Source: Felis catus
Taxonomy: Eukaryota
Length of the DNA stretch: 64,000 nucleotides
Reading direction: 5' to 3'
NCBI RefSeq assembly: GCF_018350175.1
Contig: NC_058373.1
Location: 100,690,001-100,754,000, forward strand
The notes under the pieces were generated by a model. It was not told the origin of the DNA and did no database searches. It saw only the letters and a list, made by a program, of their open reading frames with translations. The position numbers were made by a program, and so were the translations under genes. Shown in pieces: positions 1 through 11,631 of this stretch (position 1 is its first letter; the number at the start of each line of letters is the position of its first letter).

Positions 1-680
1 GTTCAATTTTTCAAGTTGTGTTTGTAAGTTGTATCTTTCAAGGAATCTGTCCACTTCACCTGATTTTTCAGATAAAATTTTATTATTTGATTATTGACAT
101 CAAATTGTTCATATTAGCTTCTTACTATCTTTTCATTGTAGAGTTAATAGTGATGTTCCCCTTTTCCTTTGTGTTTACTGTTAATTTGTGTTCTTTACTT
201 GATCACTTTTGCTAAGAGTTTATTAATTGGATTAATCTTTTCAAAGAACTTTTCAAAAAACTTTTGTGTTTGTTAATTGTCTCATTACATATATGTTTTG
301 TCCGTCATTGTTTCACCCTTATTTTATTATTTTCTTTTTTCTACTTTGTTTTTTAAAATCTAATTTGTTATTCTTTTTCTTGATTTAGAAGTTGTAGCAC
401 AGATTTTCACCTTCCTTCTTTTTTCATAAATGTGTTTAGAGCTATAAATTTTGTGCTAAACACTGGGTTAGCTGCATTCTACAAGTTTAGATATGTCATG
501 TTTTCATTGTTCTTCTGATAAAGATATTTTCTAATTTCACTCATAATTATTTGTTTAACTTGGTTATTTAGAAGTATTTTACTTAATTTCTGAACAGTTG
601 GAGATTTTCTAGTTGTCTTTCTGTTACTGAGTTATAATTTAAGTTCATGAGGTCAATAGAAGTCCTCTGGTAATTTTTGC
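1..680 (-). mobile_element. Old L1 (L1M-type) ORF2 fragment, antisense
   Basis: T-rich sequence with antisense L1 ORF2 signatures, e.g. 'gctataaattttgtgctaaacactgggttagctgcattctacaagtttagatatgtcatgttttcatt'. It runs off the window start. Confidence 0.7.
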
Positions 681-699
681 ATGGTATCTTTTCATGAGC

Positions 700-1050
700 T
701 GATTGTAGACATATATTACAGGTAGAAACCATATGACTTAATGGATTCGTTTGGTGGATGTTGAGGCAAGTGAAGGAGTTACCTCTATAAAAGTCATGTC
801 TTCTGTTTTTTTGTGGTTCTTGGTACTTTCATTATCAGATTTCTTTAGGACTCTATGAGTGAGAGTCAGTGTTTCTAAAACTGATTTGGCCATGGAATTT
901 TCAGAATACTTTGGAAAAATCTAAACTAGACCCTCTCTTTATATTTACGGAGTGCATCCTAAATTAACAATAGTTCATAATTAAATTTCACACTTATGGA
1001 AAACTCTCTTCAAAGTAATGTGGTTTTTCCTCTAGGGCAGAATTTATATG
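700..1050 (-). pseudogene. Retroviral pol RNase H-like remnant
   Basis: Frameshifted minus-strand translation gives roughly 'PKEI.IMKVP..HKK.ED...RGNS', resembling the C-terminal RNase H motif of gamma-like ERVs. Confidence 0.4.
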
Positions 1051-1101
1051 TTTTTGTTTTGTTTGTTTTTAATTAAAAATTTTTTTAACATTTATTTATT
1101 T

Positions 1102-1293
1102 TTATTTAATGTTTATTTATTTTTGAGAGACAGAGTGCAAGCAGGGGAGGGCAGAGGAAGAGGGAGACACAGAATCCAAAGCAGGCTCTGAGCTGTCAGC
1201 ACAGAGCCTGACACGGGCTCGAACTCACTGACTGCGAGATCATGACCTGAGCTGAAGCTGGATGCTTAACCAACTGGGCCACCCAGGCACCCC
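1102..1293 (-). mobile_element. Can-SINE (SINEC)
   Basis: Poly-T, AG-rich tract and terminal 'ccacccaggcacccc'. TSD 'acatttatttattt'. Appears to sit in the tail of a truncated older SINE. Confidence 0.93.
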
Positions 1294-2894
1294 ACATTTA
1301 TTTATTTGGGGGGGGGAGGGGCAAAGAGAGAGGGAAAAGAAAGAAAGAAAGTAAAAAAGAAAGAAAGGTGTTTTTGTTTTCAGCAAAGTCAAGCATACAT
1401 AAAGAAAGGATTTTGGATATTCACAGTAAAGACCACAGAACTACTAATGTAGAAGTTAATATTCACAGACAAACATTGTTTGGGCTAATACAAATGAATC
1501 CCTAATACAATAAGTGAACATATTTTTTAGAAGTGGATATTGGTATATAACGGAGACTTGAAGGATATGTAAGATCAAAGTAACATTACTTTTTGACAGA
1601 GAAAAGAAAGGGGTATTTCAAGGTGGTGAAATAACATTGACTAGGATTTAAATATAAGAAGTCCCATATGACAATCCTCTTGTTTACCCCCCTTAATTTC
1701 TGATTCAGGAGTAGACTATTGTCATGTTACAAGGACATCAGGATGGCAAAAGTCTGGCAATGAAAAAAGGAGTTTTTTTGCAGAAGCAGAATGGACTTTA
1801 TCCACATGTGCCACAATCTTACAGTATAAAGAAAGTTTAGTTATTACTTATTTGGCACTGTTTCCCATGTAATTTACATATCAAATGAGCCTCATTAGTT
1901 TAACTAATCCCTTGAAATATTCCAGGTCAAAAAGGTTTCATTTACAACTTGGGAAGTTTGTAAAAAAAATATCAAAAAGAAGGTTTTAAAGCACTTGCCT
2001 AAATAGGATCACGGATCATTATGAAATCTCATACTTAAAAGGTAAAAAAACTTTCACAGTCTTATCAAAAGCAGACCAAAAGTCCATGAAAACTTTGTCC
2101 TTTTAATAGAGAGAAAACCAAATTCTAATTTTGCACAGGCTTACTTTTCATATTAAAACTCGTTCTTACATAAATTTATTTTAATCTTAGCCAGCTTGAC
2201 CACACATTAAAATTCCTTTTCAAAGATTCTTTTTCTACAAACCTTCTTACAACTTTCTTCTCTACATTCTGCATTTGACCTATGTTTATCCTCTTTAAAC
2301 AACTAGCCTCACTTTAGAACAAAGTTACTTTCTTTTCCCTCAACAAAAAAATGCATCTCCATTTCTCATACGTTCTTTTACTGAAAACCCGTCCTACTTT
2401 CCTGGCATACAGAGATGTTTCCCTTATTATTCTAGCAGCTTTAATTACATATGTTAATTAGAATGCTTAACCCTTAGGAACCTTACTTTCTAGTGAAAAC
2501 TAAGAAGGAAGTGATTATGAACTGTCTGTTATAGCCACATTCTTTATGTTCGCAAATTCATGAATCCTTTCATATTTTCTGGAAGCATATACCTTTTTTA
2601 ATTTCCCAATATAGCAGTAACACATCCAAATATCTTTTAGTTTTTCTGTAACAAGAAGCCAAAAGTTTATGTTCAGTAATTAATGTTTCAGTATTTTATC
2701 TTGTTTGGAAAGGATCTAGATATTCGATGACTATCCATTATGTAATTTAATTTAGCAAAACTCTAAGGTTTTTAGTTACAAAAAAAGATTTGGAGAAAAA
2801 AAGATGTATCTATTGTAAATAATTGATTTGTGGCTACATAAATTATTACCGAAAAATGTGTTTATAAACTTTTATCTTATTTGCATCTATTTAT

Positions 2895-3010
2895 TGTTAT
2901 TATTTTTCAAGTAGGCTCCATGCCCAGCACAGAACTCAGTGCAGGGCTTGAACTTATGACCCTAAGATCAAGACCCAGGTGCTTAACCAACTGAGCTACC
3001 CAGCTACCCC
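2895..3010 (-). mobile_element. Short Can-SINE (older, CT-tract-less type)
   Basis: tRNA-derived body 'gggcttgaacttatgaccctaagatcaaga...ccagctacccc'. TSD 'cttatttgcat(c/t)tattta'. Confidence 0.85.
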
Positions 3011-3244
3011 TTATTTGCATTTATTTAATTCTCTTGTCTTGGTAACTATGTTTAGATTAGCCATGAAAATTTCCCAAGATATTAAACAGCTATCATCTTC
3101 AAGTTATCTTTTCTGCTGACAAGTTCCGTAAAAGAGATAACACAAGCTTATTTGACTTTTAGTGAACCTAGGTAGAATAAAAGTATTAGATTTAATGCTG
3201 ATAACTCTAAAAACATGCCTGTTTTACTTAAACCGACAAATTTC

Positions 3245-3467
3245 TTTAAAAAAAAATTTTTTTTTAACGTTTATTTATTTTTGAGACAGAGAGAGACAGA
3301 GCATGAACGGGGAAGGGGCAGAGAGAGAGGGAGACACAGAATCGGAAGCAGGCTCCAGGCTCTGAGCCATCAGCCCAGAGCCGGATGCGGGGCTCGAACC
3401 CACGGACCGCGAGATCGTGACCTGGCTGAAGTCGGACGCTTAACCGACTGCGCCACCCAGGCGCCCC
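3245..3467 (-). mobile_element. Young felid SINEC_Fc-type element
   Basis: CpG-rich, with diagnostic 'gagccatcagcccagagc' and 'gaccgcgagatcgtgacctggctgaag'. Perfect 16-bp TSD taaaccgacaaatttc (3229-3244 and 3468-3483). Confidence 0.97.
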
Positions 3468-4999
3468 TAAACCGACAAATTTCAATTAGCTTTGATTTGT
3501 TAAAGATTAATCCTAGATCACATGAATTTGAAACTTATTTGGGTTAGTTTCTATTATATTTCTGAGAATTTAGATTATGTAAGTGCTTAATTTTCTTTAA
3601 GCCAATTAAATGAGCTCACTTACAATTTAATTTAGATAGCTCCTGGAGATAGAAAACACCACGTGTCTATAACATGTATGAACGTAGAAATAGATGCAAA
3701 TGGAAGTCTTACAGTTATTGTCATAAATTTTTTGTCCATGAGATAGGTATGCTAAAGCAGAACTAATTTATAAAAGGACAGCTAGATCCAAGTGGTTTTT
3801 CTGGCAGATAGAATAAGTTAAGTTTACCTACTCAGATTGCTAAAGCATTTTTTTTTTTTTTTACACTAATATTTGTGGAGAAGGTGTGGGATAGATTTTG
3901 AGCAAGGGTGCTTCTATAGCTGTTTTTTTATTTTTTATTTTTTTAAGCCTCTTTTCTCCTTTTATTTTTCTTCATTTTTAAGAATAAGGGATGATCTAGG
4001 CAATGGTTTCCAGAGTGATTACAAGACTTTTGAGATAAATGGGAGAGGTTTTGGGATTGACGGAAAGGATAGCTTGAAAGACGTGAATGCTCCCGGAGGC
4101 CGTAGTTTTAGTTTTGCAAAGATTTGAAAATAAGAACGGTTGCTTTTAATCTCTTAATGTTGTCTTACGTTGATCTACCCATGCAACCACACCTCCTCTA
4201 TCTGCTTTTTCGCCTTTGGGTACATAGATCTAGTTTCAATTTAGAGATGAAATCCTTAGACAAATTCCTACCAGTTTCTCAATATCAGCTTCTAATCTGG
4301 CCAACTTTTGACTACACAGATTAAAAAAATATCTTGTTTGTTTTCAGTCAGGACAAACAGTAAATTTTTCTGACAGTATTAAATAACTACCCTTGGGCGT
4401 AAAACGAATCCCCAAAGAGGATGCAAAGGATACACCGTTTCCAAGATCCAAAGATAGTCAAAACAAAGAACCCACAACCTGCACCTCCCAGGCAGGTGGA
4501 AAGTCAAGTCCAATTATGCAAACTGAGACAAGCAGGAAGGCAATAGTTATCCCTGGAGGAAAAGGACCAATAAACAATGGATTTGGAAAGGAAAAAACAA
4601 CGTGAAAATTTATTTTCCTTTCTCGACTGGGCACTACAGACAGAGATTCAGAAGAGCTGATTCTGATAAGAATTTCCACCTTTCTCTGCCAGTTTGTCCA
4701 GTATTTCCTTTGTAGGTTCTGGTAGCTACCAGAGTTTTCCCTTGGATGTTTAAAGGAATAATGTAGCAGACTACCAGAAAATCTTAGTGTCATCAACTCT
4801 GGAAGGGGCCCTCTTTTGAGGGTAGATATGGGGTGCCTGTAAGGCCATGAACTTGGTGGGCTTTTTTTATGGTTGTGTAATCTTTTTAGAGTGGAAAAAA
4901 TAATTTAGACAGAGGATTAGTAGAATGCATACTCAAAGGTGGGTAGAGGGGAGACTAGGAGTTACATCAGTCTTATAGTCTTTTGTTTTAAGTACCTCT

Positions 5000-5718
5000 T
5001 ACATCTTTAAGTTTTCTTTAGCCTTTTGCAATAAATCTTTTAATGAAATTATTTTGGAATTTTGAAAACTGTAGAGGCTTCTGCTTGCCAATTAAAACAG
5101 GTATCCCATTGTGTTTAATTTGGCAGTCCTTGCTTTCAAGTACTCTTCTTCTTCTTTTTTTTTTTAATGTTTATTTATTATTGAGAGACAGAGACAAAGC
5201 ATGAGCATGGGAGGGGCAGAGAGAGGGGAAGATACAGAATCTGAAGCAGGCTCCCGGCTCTGAGCTGTCAGCACAGAGCCCGACGCAGGGCTCGAACCCA
5301 CGAATGGTGAGATCATGACCTGAGCCGAAGTCGGACGCTCAACTGACTGACCCACCCAGGCACCCCTCAAGTGCTCTTCTTAAATGATTTTATCCAACTA
5401 GAATGTTCCCCATAATGGCCATTGTCTAGGTTGTAATTCCCCTGAGGACTGACAACAGTTTCGGTAGGATCCTAGCCACATATGCAGTTAACCCACATTT
5501 CTGTCTAGCCATTTCTAGCTGCAAAGGGTGTACAATTCACATTTCTGTCCAGCTTTATTTGGGGGTCCACAACCTGATAGTTACCAAGCCAAATTCTTTA
5601 GGACAGGAAACAAGCTTGTAGATTTTTTACAGCTACCAGGACTATAATTCTTAGAAATAAAATAAGCAAGTATACCAAAAGGTAAAGTGCTTGACTCTTT
5701 AGAATTTAAGAAGCCCAT
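5000..5718 (-). pseudogene. ERV gag matrix (MA) remnant, disrupted
   Basis: Minus-strand ATG at 5718 gives MGFLNSKESSTLPFGILAYFISKNYSPGSC, then QWPLWGTF*LDKI (~5385-5425). Past the SINE it reads QWDTCFNWQAEAS...SKIISLKD. Contains stops, frameshifts and a SINE insertion. Confidence 0.7.
5151..5366 (-). mobile_element. Can-SINE inserted in ERV gag
   Basis: Full SINEC body. 15-bp TSD tcaagt(a/g)ctcttctt (5136-5150 and 5367-5381). Confidence 0.95.
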
Positions 5719-6216
5719 TAGCTAAGTCTCTTACACAAAAGCAGACAAACGTGCACCCTGACATACCAGCAGTAACCAAAACATGCCACTGTTGGACTGG
5801 CCAAGAAAAGGTAGTGTATACCCCTGGCAATTCCCAGTGTGGACGAAACCAGTAGACTCCATGAATACAGAGTACATTCTGGAAATGGGGAAACGACTAA
5901 GCCAGCAAACCCCAGTAAATGGGGACTTCAGAGTGGAACTGGGGAAGGGATTCCAATGTGGAATCGTGGGCTGAACCAAGGGCTAAGACCTGGTGCTCTG
6001 TTAGAGCTTCCAGTTAGCTCAGTCTGACCCCTTAACCTTGGACTGGAAAAAGAATTAGATCAGTAGTTGATATGCAAAAAAAGCAAAACTCAAACCTAGA
6101 GTCACTTACCAGCGACCCTTGGAAATGGTGAGAAAGGCAGGGAACTCAAAAGGGTTTGCAGGGTACCATGCTTGTGTTTCCCATTGTCTCTGAATGCCGG
6201 AAGAAGTTTGCTTTGG

Positions 6217-6235
6217 ATCCAACCACTGCCACCTA
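6217..6235 (-). other. Primer-binding site, tRNA-Leu-like
   Basis: Reverse complement 'taggtggcagtggttggat' lies just after the LTR-terminal CA and resembles TGGTGGCAGCGGTGGGAT, the complement of a tRNA-Leu 3' end. Confidence 0.65.
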
Positions 6236-6238
6236 ATC

Positions 6239-6645
6239 TGTTAAAAAACAAAATTCGGCCGAGTCAATCTGAAGATCTAATTCGGCTTTATTAAATGATT
6301 CACGAATTTCGCATTTCCATTTAGCAAATTGAGGACAGCTCGGAGAAGTTGTACAAAATGGAAGACTTTTTCAGGAAGGAGGATGGGGCAAGAGAGTTTT
6401 TAGCAAAAGAAAAGAAAAGATTGTTCCAGGCAAGGTCACCTTCCCTTAGTAAAAGGGCAGGAGCCTTATTGGTATATTACCTCATATTCCTTTAGGGGAT
6501 AGAGAATGACAGATTACCCCATTGGTGTTGATCAGAAAATTCCTCCTGACTGACCTGTTAAGACTACATTTCTGGGGGAGGTATTATGCCTCTGGTGACC
6601 TGGCCTAAGTGATGCCATTTTGTGCCTGTGGTCTTTTACCTTTAG
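6239..6645 (-). mobile_element. ERV1-class 5' LTR
   Basis: Ends in CA on the minus strand next to the PBS. AATAAA on the minus strand at ~6288-6293. About 400 bp long; the far boundary is approximate. Confidence 0.7.
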
Positions 6646-6941
6646 GAAAAAAAGATTCAAGATCTTTAAATGAAATCTTCAAAAAACAGTCTGGGGAAAG
6701 ATGTCCTTGCATTTAGGGAGGGTATTCTACATTTAGAATAAGTGAAAAGTTAAATACCACAGTTATGGAACTCCCTTTAAAGCCATTTATTGTATCTGTC
6801 AGCTGTTCTCTTTACATTTTATCTAAATTAGTTTCTTGAACTCTGACATTTCAGACTAAAATTTCAGAAAGTGGCCTCTTGCTGCCAAGTAATGTTTTCT
6901 TCCTCACACAAGATTGAGCATCATAATTAATAGAATATACA

Positions 6942-6964
6942 GTGTGTGTGTGTGTGTGTGTGTA
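6942..6964. repeat. (TG)n microsatellite
   Basis: Directly visible; lies in the left TSD of the adjacent SINE. Confidence 0.95.
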
Positions 6965-7170
6965 TTTTTTTAATGTTCATTTATTTTTGATAGGGAGACA
7001 GAGCACAAGCAGGGGAGGAGCAGAGATAGAGGGGGACACAGAATCTGAAGCAGGCTGCAGGCTCTGAGCTGTCAGCACAGAGCCTGATGCGGGGTTTGAA
7101 CTCATGAATTATGAGATCATGACCTGAGCTGAAGTTGGACACTTAACCGACTGAACCACCCAGGTGCCCC
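6965..7170 (-). mobile_element. Can-SINE
   Basis: Full SINEC body ending 'ccacccaggtgcccc'. Confidence 0.95.
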
Positions 7171-8374
7171 TACGGTGTATATTTTTAATGCTGTAATTAT
7201 GGCACTGGTTTTTGGAGAAAAGCCACTGATTTGGCAATGAAATTCTATAGCAAGAGCTATCTTTTACTGGAAAATGGACAAATACTATCTTTGTGCTTTA
7301 AGATCAAAATGTTCCCACTTTCCTAAAGTAAGTTTCTCTTCCATTTTAATGACAATTATTTTGATATGTTGATAATAGAGTGCCTTTCTGCATGTATCCT
7401 ATCAAATTTAAACTGTAATAGTTTGCATCTTATCAAATGTAGTGACATCAATAAATTTTTCTCTTAAGTCAATCACTCAATTGCACTAGCTAAGAAAAAG
7501 CACAATAGTTAGCCTCATGGTATAAGCAGTCACAAGTCATTAATTACAAACCAATCATTTTTTTGAAGTCCTTTATCAAATAAATATTTATAGTTCTCAT
7601 ATATCAAATACAAAAAAGACACGAGAAGCATTGCTGAGCTTTCTGAAAGACAGGGGCTTCTGTACAACTATTTGGTAATCTAATGAATCGTCTATGTTAT
7701 TATATATTACATGATTTAATTTTATTGCCTAATATATGATAATGATCCTGTTGTGACTTGGCATCTTCTGGGAACTTATTTTATACTTCAACTTATTTTA
7801 TGCTTACTGTGTTTTAGGAGAATTTAAGTGTTTTTCTCCAAAGGTACCTTAATTTTGCCATTCATGTTGTCTTTGCAATCGAACTCTAATCTATGATCTC
7901 ACTCGAGATAATTATTATAGCAACATCATGATTTGCAGAATGATTAAAGCTTTCTGGTATAGTGAAGTATTTCTAGTTAAACTGGGTGAACTGAAGATGC
8001 TTTTAACGTCAATCATAATTGCTGAATAATCTTCTAAATACATTTTCCCCCCAATTTATTCAGTAGACTGTAGCAAACAGGACGCTTTGATAATTTGAAA
8101 TCTTCAAATACTTCAAGATGATCATTATGGATATCATCGTGCATGACCACTGATACAGGATATTTATGTTAATGGGTCAAATCTTCACAGATTAGTAAAT
8201 AGTTTAAGGATATAGCAAGCAGCTCACCAAGGAGGAAGCTATGGGTGGTGGTAGCTGTTTGCTTAGCTGGGAGGAGTCTTGTATCACTGCTTATGTGGGA
8301 ACCGCTCACTCGAGGCTATATTAAAAAACAGAATTTTGGCTTTGTTTTATTATTGTTTTAAAATTCTTCGCAGA

Positions 8375-8835
8375 GGGACACCTGGTGTCTCAGTTGGTTG
8401 ACTGTCAGACTCTTGATTTCTGCTCAGGTCATAGTCCTAGGGTCATGGGATCAAGCCTCATGTTGGGCTCTGGGCTGAGCGTGTAGCCTGCTTAAGATTC
8501 TCATTCTCTCTCTCTTTCTCTCTTTCTCTCTCTCTCTCTCCCTCTGCCCCTCTCTCCTGCTCGCACTTTCTGTCTAAAATAAAATAAAAGGGGCGCCTGG
8601 GTGGCTCAGTCGGTTAAGCATCCGACTTCGGCTCAGGTCATGATATCGCGGTCCGTGAGTTCGAGCTCCGCGTCGGGCTCTGTGCTGACCACTCAGAGCC
8701 TGGAGCCTGTTTCAGATTCTGTGTCTCCCTCTCTCTCTGCCCCTCCCCTATTCATGCTCTGTCTCTCTCTGTCTCAAAAATAAATAAACGTTAAAAAATT
8801 AAAATAAAATAAAATATAATAAAATAAATAAATAA
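8375..8835 (+). mobile_element. Two tandem Can-SINEs (older 8375-8588, younger 8590-8835 in its tail)
   Basis: Two tRNA-like heads, each with a (CT)n tract and A-rich tail. Outer TSD 'aaaattctt(c/t)gc'. Confidence 0.95.
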
Positions 8836-8989
8836 AATTCTTTGCCAAAAATACATCCCCATGTTGACGGTACCCATAACAGAACACCTCCGCTGCTTCC
8901 TGCTTGGCATGCAACCAGTATACAGAATAGTAGAGAGGATAATAAAATGAGTATCTGTCTATTTACCAACCAGCTTTGTCAATCTTAAT

Positions 8990-9570
8990 ATTTTATGATA
9001 CTTGCTTCAGATTTCTCTTATTATGATGAAATACAACATTACAGATATGACTGAACCCCCTCGCACGTTCCTCTTTCCTCTGTTCTTTCTCCAGAGAGAG
9101 TCACTATGTTGGTTTTCTCCATTCCGATGCATATTTTTATCTTTTACTACATAATGTGTGTATCCTAAACAATAAGGCTTGTACATATCCATAAACAAAA
9201 TAGTATTATTTTTGCACATTTAAAAACTTAAAATAAATGGTATTGAAATGTTCATATCTATCTGCGACTTGTTTTTCTCTTCAAATTTACATTTGTGGTA
9301 TCTATCCATCTTGACAGAAATAGCTTCTAATTAATTTGTTTTCACTGCAGTCTTGTGGCCCATTGTTTAAATACACCATAAATTCTCCTTTTGTGACATG
9401 TAGGTTGTTTTTGATTTTTTTTGTTATCGAACAATGCTGCTATGAGCACTCTTGTTCATATCTTTTTGATATAATGTAGGAGAGGTTTTCACTAGAGTGT
9501 ACAGCTAGGAGGGGAGCTGCTATGTCAAAGATCAGGCATACAGTTAATTTGAAAGACATCATCAAAATCT
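8990..9570 (-). mobile_element. Ancient L1 (L1ME-like) 3' fragment
   Basis: Antisense 3' signatures such as 'aacaatgctgctatgagcactcttg' and 'taggttgttttt'. Confidence 0.6.
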
Positions 9571-9814
9571 GCAAGAGGCTCTGAGGTGGTGGGACATCCA
9601 TCTAGGCATGATGACCATGACCTGTTCTCGTGTTAGAAGATTTAAATGTCATCTGGGACAAGACACTCATTTATAGACTTGGAAACATGCTTCCTAGTTG
9701 TCATTCTTTGGGCAACTGCATCTTACAGAAATGAATTCTTTTCTTCCCCCTTAGTCTTCCTGCTATGCCTTTCGATCTTTTCGTCATTATCAATCATTAA
9801 CATCATAGGAGTGA

Positions 9815-10045
9815 ATTTTACTAACCTTTACTATTCTCCAGGCGCTGTGTGGAGTCACTTCATATGCACTATTTGACTTATTCCTCATAACAGTCTCACG
9901 GGGTAGGTGCTATAAATTATCTCCACTTTACATGTAAGGAAACCAAAGCCTAAAATAAATTAAGTACTTGCCCACAGTGACAAGTCAGGATTCAGGCTGT
10001 TACAACCCAGTTTCCAAGCTCTTAATCACTATGTGATATTGCATT
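9815..10045 (-). mobile_element. MIR SINE
   Basis: Antisense MIR core 'attatctccactttacatgtaaggaaaccaaagcc...aagtacttgccca'. Confidence 0.7.
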
Positions 10046-10088
10046 TCTCTATTACTTTATGGTTAAAATTACAAAATCATTATTTTCT

Positions 10089-10097
10089 TTTTTCCCC

Positions 10098-10132
<35 letters not shown>

Positions 10133-10381
10133 TTTTAATTTTTTTTTCAACGTTTATTTATTTTTCAGACAGAGAGAGACAGAGCATGAATGGGGGAGGG
10201 GCAGAGAGAGAGGGACACACAGAATCGGAAACAGGCTCCAGGCTCTGAGCCATCAGCCCAGAGCCCGACGCGGGGCTCGAACTCACGGACCGCGAGATCG
10301 TGACCTGGCTGAAGTTGGACGCTTAACCGACTGCGCCACCCAGGCGCCCCGTTTCCCCTTTTTTATTAATGTTTATTTATT

Positions 10382-10420
<39 letters not shown>

Positions 10421-10578
10421 AGGGGAGGGGCAGAGAGAGACAGACACAGAATCTGGAGCAGGGTCTAGGATCTGAGCTGTCAGCACAGAGGCCAACATGG
10501 AGCTTGAACCCACAGACTGTGAGACGATGATCTGAGCCCAAGTCAGATGCTTAATCAACTGAGCCACCCAGGCGCCCC
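10089..10578 (-). mobile_element. Nested Can-SINE pair: young SINEC_Fc (~10100-10350) in the tail of an older SINE (~10357-10578)
   Basis: Outer 18-bp TSD acaaaatcattattttct and inner TSD tttcccctt. (TTTA)n and (GA)n tracts present. Confidence 0.95.
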
Positions 10579-11631
10579 ACAAAATCATTATTTTCTAATT
10601 TGCAAAAGGAAGAGAGGTGTATTACAAGAATACTTATATAGCATCATAGAAAAATCAGGAAAGTGTTCAATAACAATCACTACATTGTGAATTGAAATCC
10701 TTAATCACTGACTTGGGTTCAGGACAGCGTATTCATTCATTTGTTACCTTTCCTCCTACCCTTTAAAAAGTTATTATGTGGAAACATTCCTAAAAATGTG
10801 GAAACATGTTATAATAGACCTCATTATTATTTTTGCATATTCCCATCTTCAGTATTATGAATGTCTTTTACTTTTACACGCTACAGTTTTAGTGTACATG
10901 TAATTAATCTTTCTCATTTAAGATAAGCATTATATCATATGCATTTTCCATACTATAATATCATAACAATCATTTGAGTGGATGTGTTAGAATTTATTTA
11001 CTCGTTCTATTGTTTTCAAAGAATATTTTTGTGCATGTTCCGTTTTCTTCCATCTGGGTCATTTTTTCAAGATAAAATTCCTTGGGGAAAAATTAATAGG
11101 CCAATGGGCTGATCATTGCTATGATATCTGATACTTTTTAACATCAGATATGTGCATAGAAATGGGAATGCTGACTAAATCTGAACCATATGAGGTTATC
11201 ACAGCATGATCTCTATGGAGATACCTTCCTGACATATCAATTTACTGCTTACAATTGATGTTAATTAGAGGTTTATTTGCCTAATGTCTTAACTGATTGG
11301 CATTCTCTATGGTTGTTCTACTGGTCAATGTGGTTAGGTCTGGTTCATGACCTCACATCCATCTGAGATTTATGTTCCTGGAGTTGCTATAATGTTTAGT
11401 GTGCATTTTAACCGTTGAAATAGTCATAGGTTTGTTTACTCCTCTAGAAAACACTCATTTGTTAGGATTCAAAAACTTAGGACAAAATTGGGTTAAACGA
11501 CAGGGAAAGAGATCATAGTGGCACGGACAAAAGGAAGCAGAATGGCCTGCTGTGGTCTTTGTCCCATTGTGCCCACCCTGTTGTGCTGCTGACCATTGCA
11601 CTAATCCATGCGGGCTGCACAGCTGAGCACT

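Larger units (their letters stand above)
690..6238 (-). mobile_element. Degraded class I (gamma-like, MER4-group-like) ERV internal region
   Basis: Read on the minus strand it shows, in order: PBS (~6217-6235), splice donor CTG/GTAAGT (6112-6104), gag-MA remnant from 5718, a long AT-rich non-coding tract, and an RNase H-like remnant at ~700-1050. Interrupted by several SINEs. No 3' LTR seen. Confidence 0.7.

Noticed and set aside
3215..3547. 110-aa ORF and similar ORFs at 5164, 8601, 10059, 10373, 11981, 15294, 27713, 49696 and 58200
   Set aside because: These are translations of Can-SINE bodies; the same peptides recur at each copy.
8590..8680. tRNA-like A-box and B-box sequences
   Set aside because: They are the tRNA-derived heads of Can-SINEs, followed by CT tracts and A tails, not tRNA genes.
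11170..11350. Possible second palindromic element with MER53-like 'tgaaccatatga'
   Set aside because: The inverted match between the ends is too weak to support by eye.
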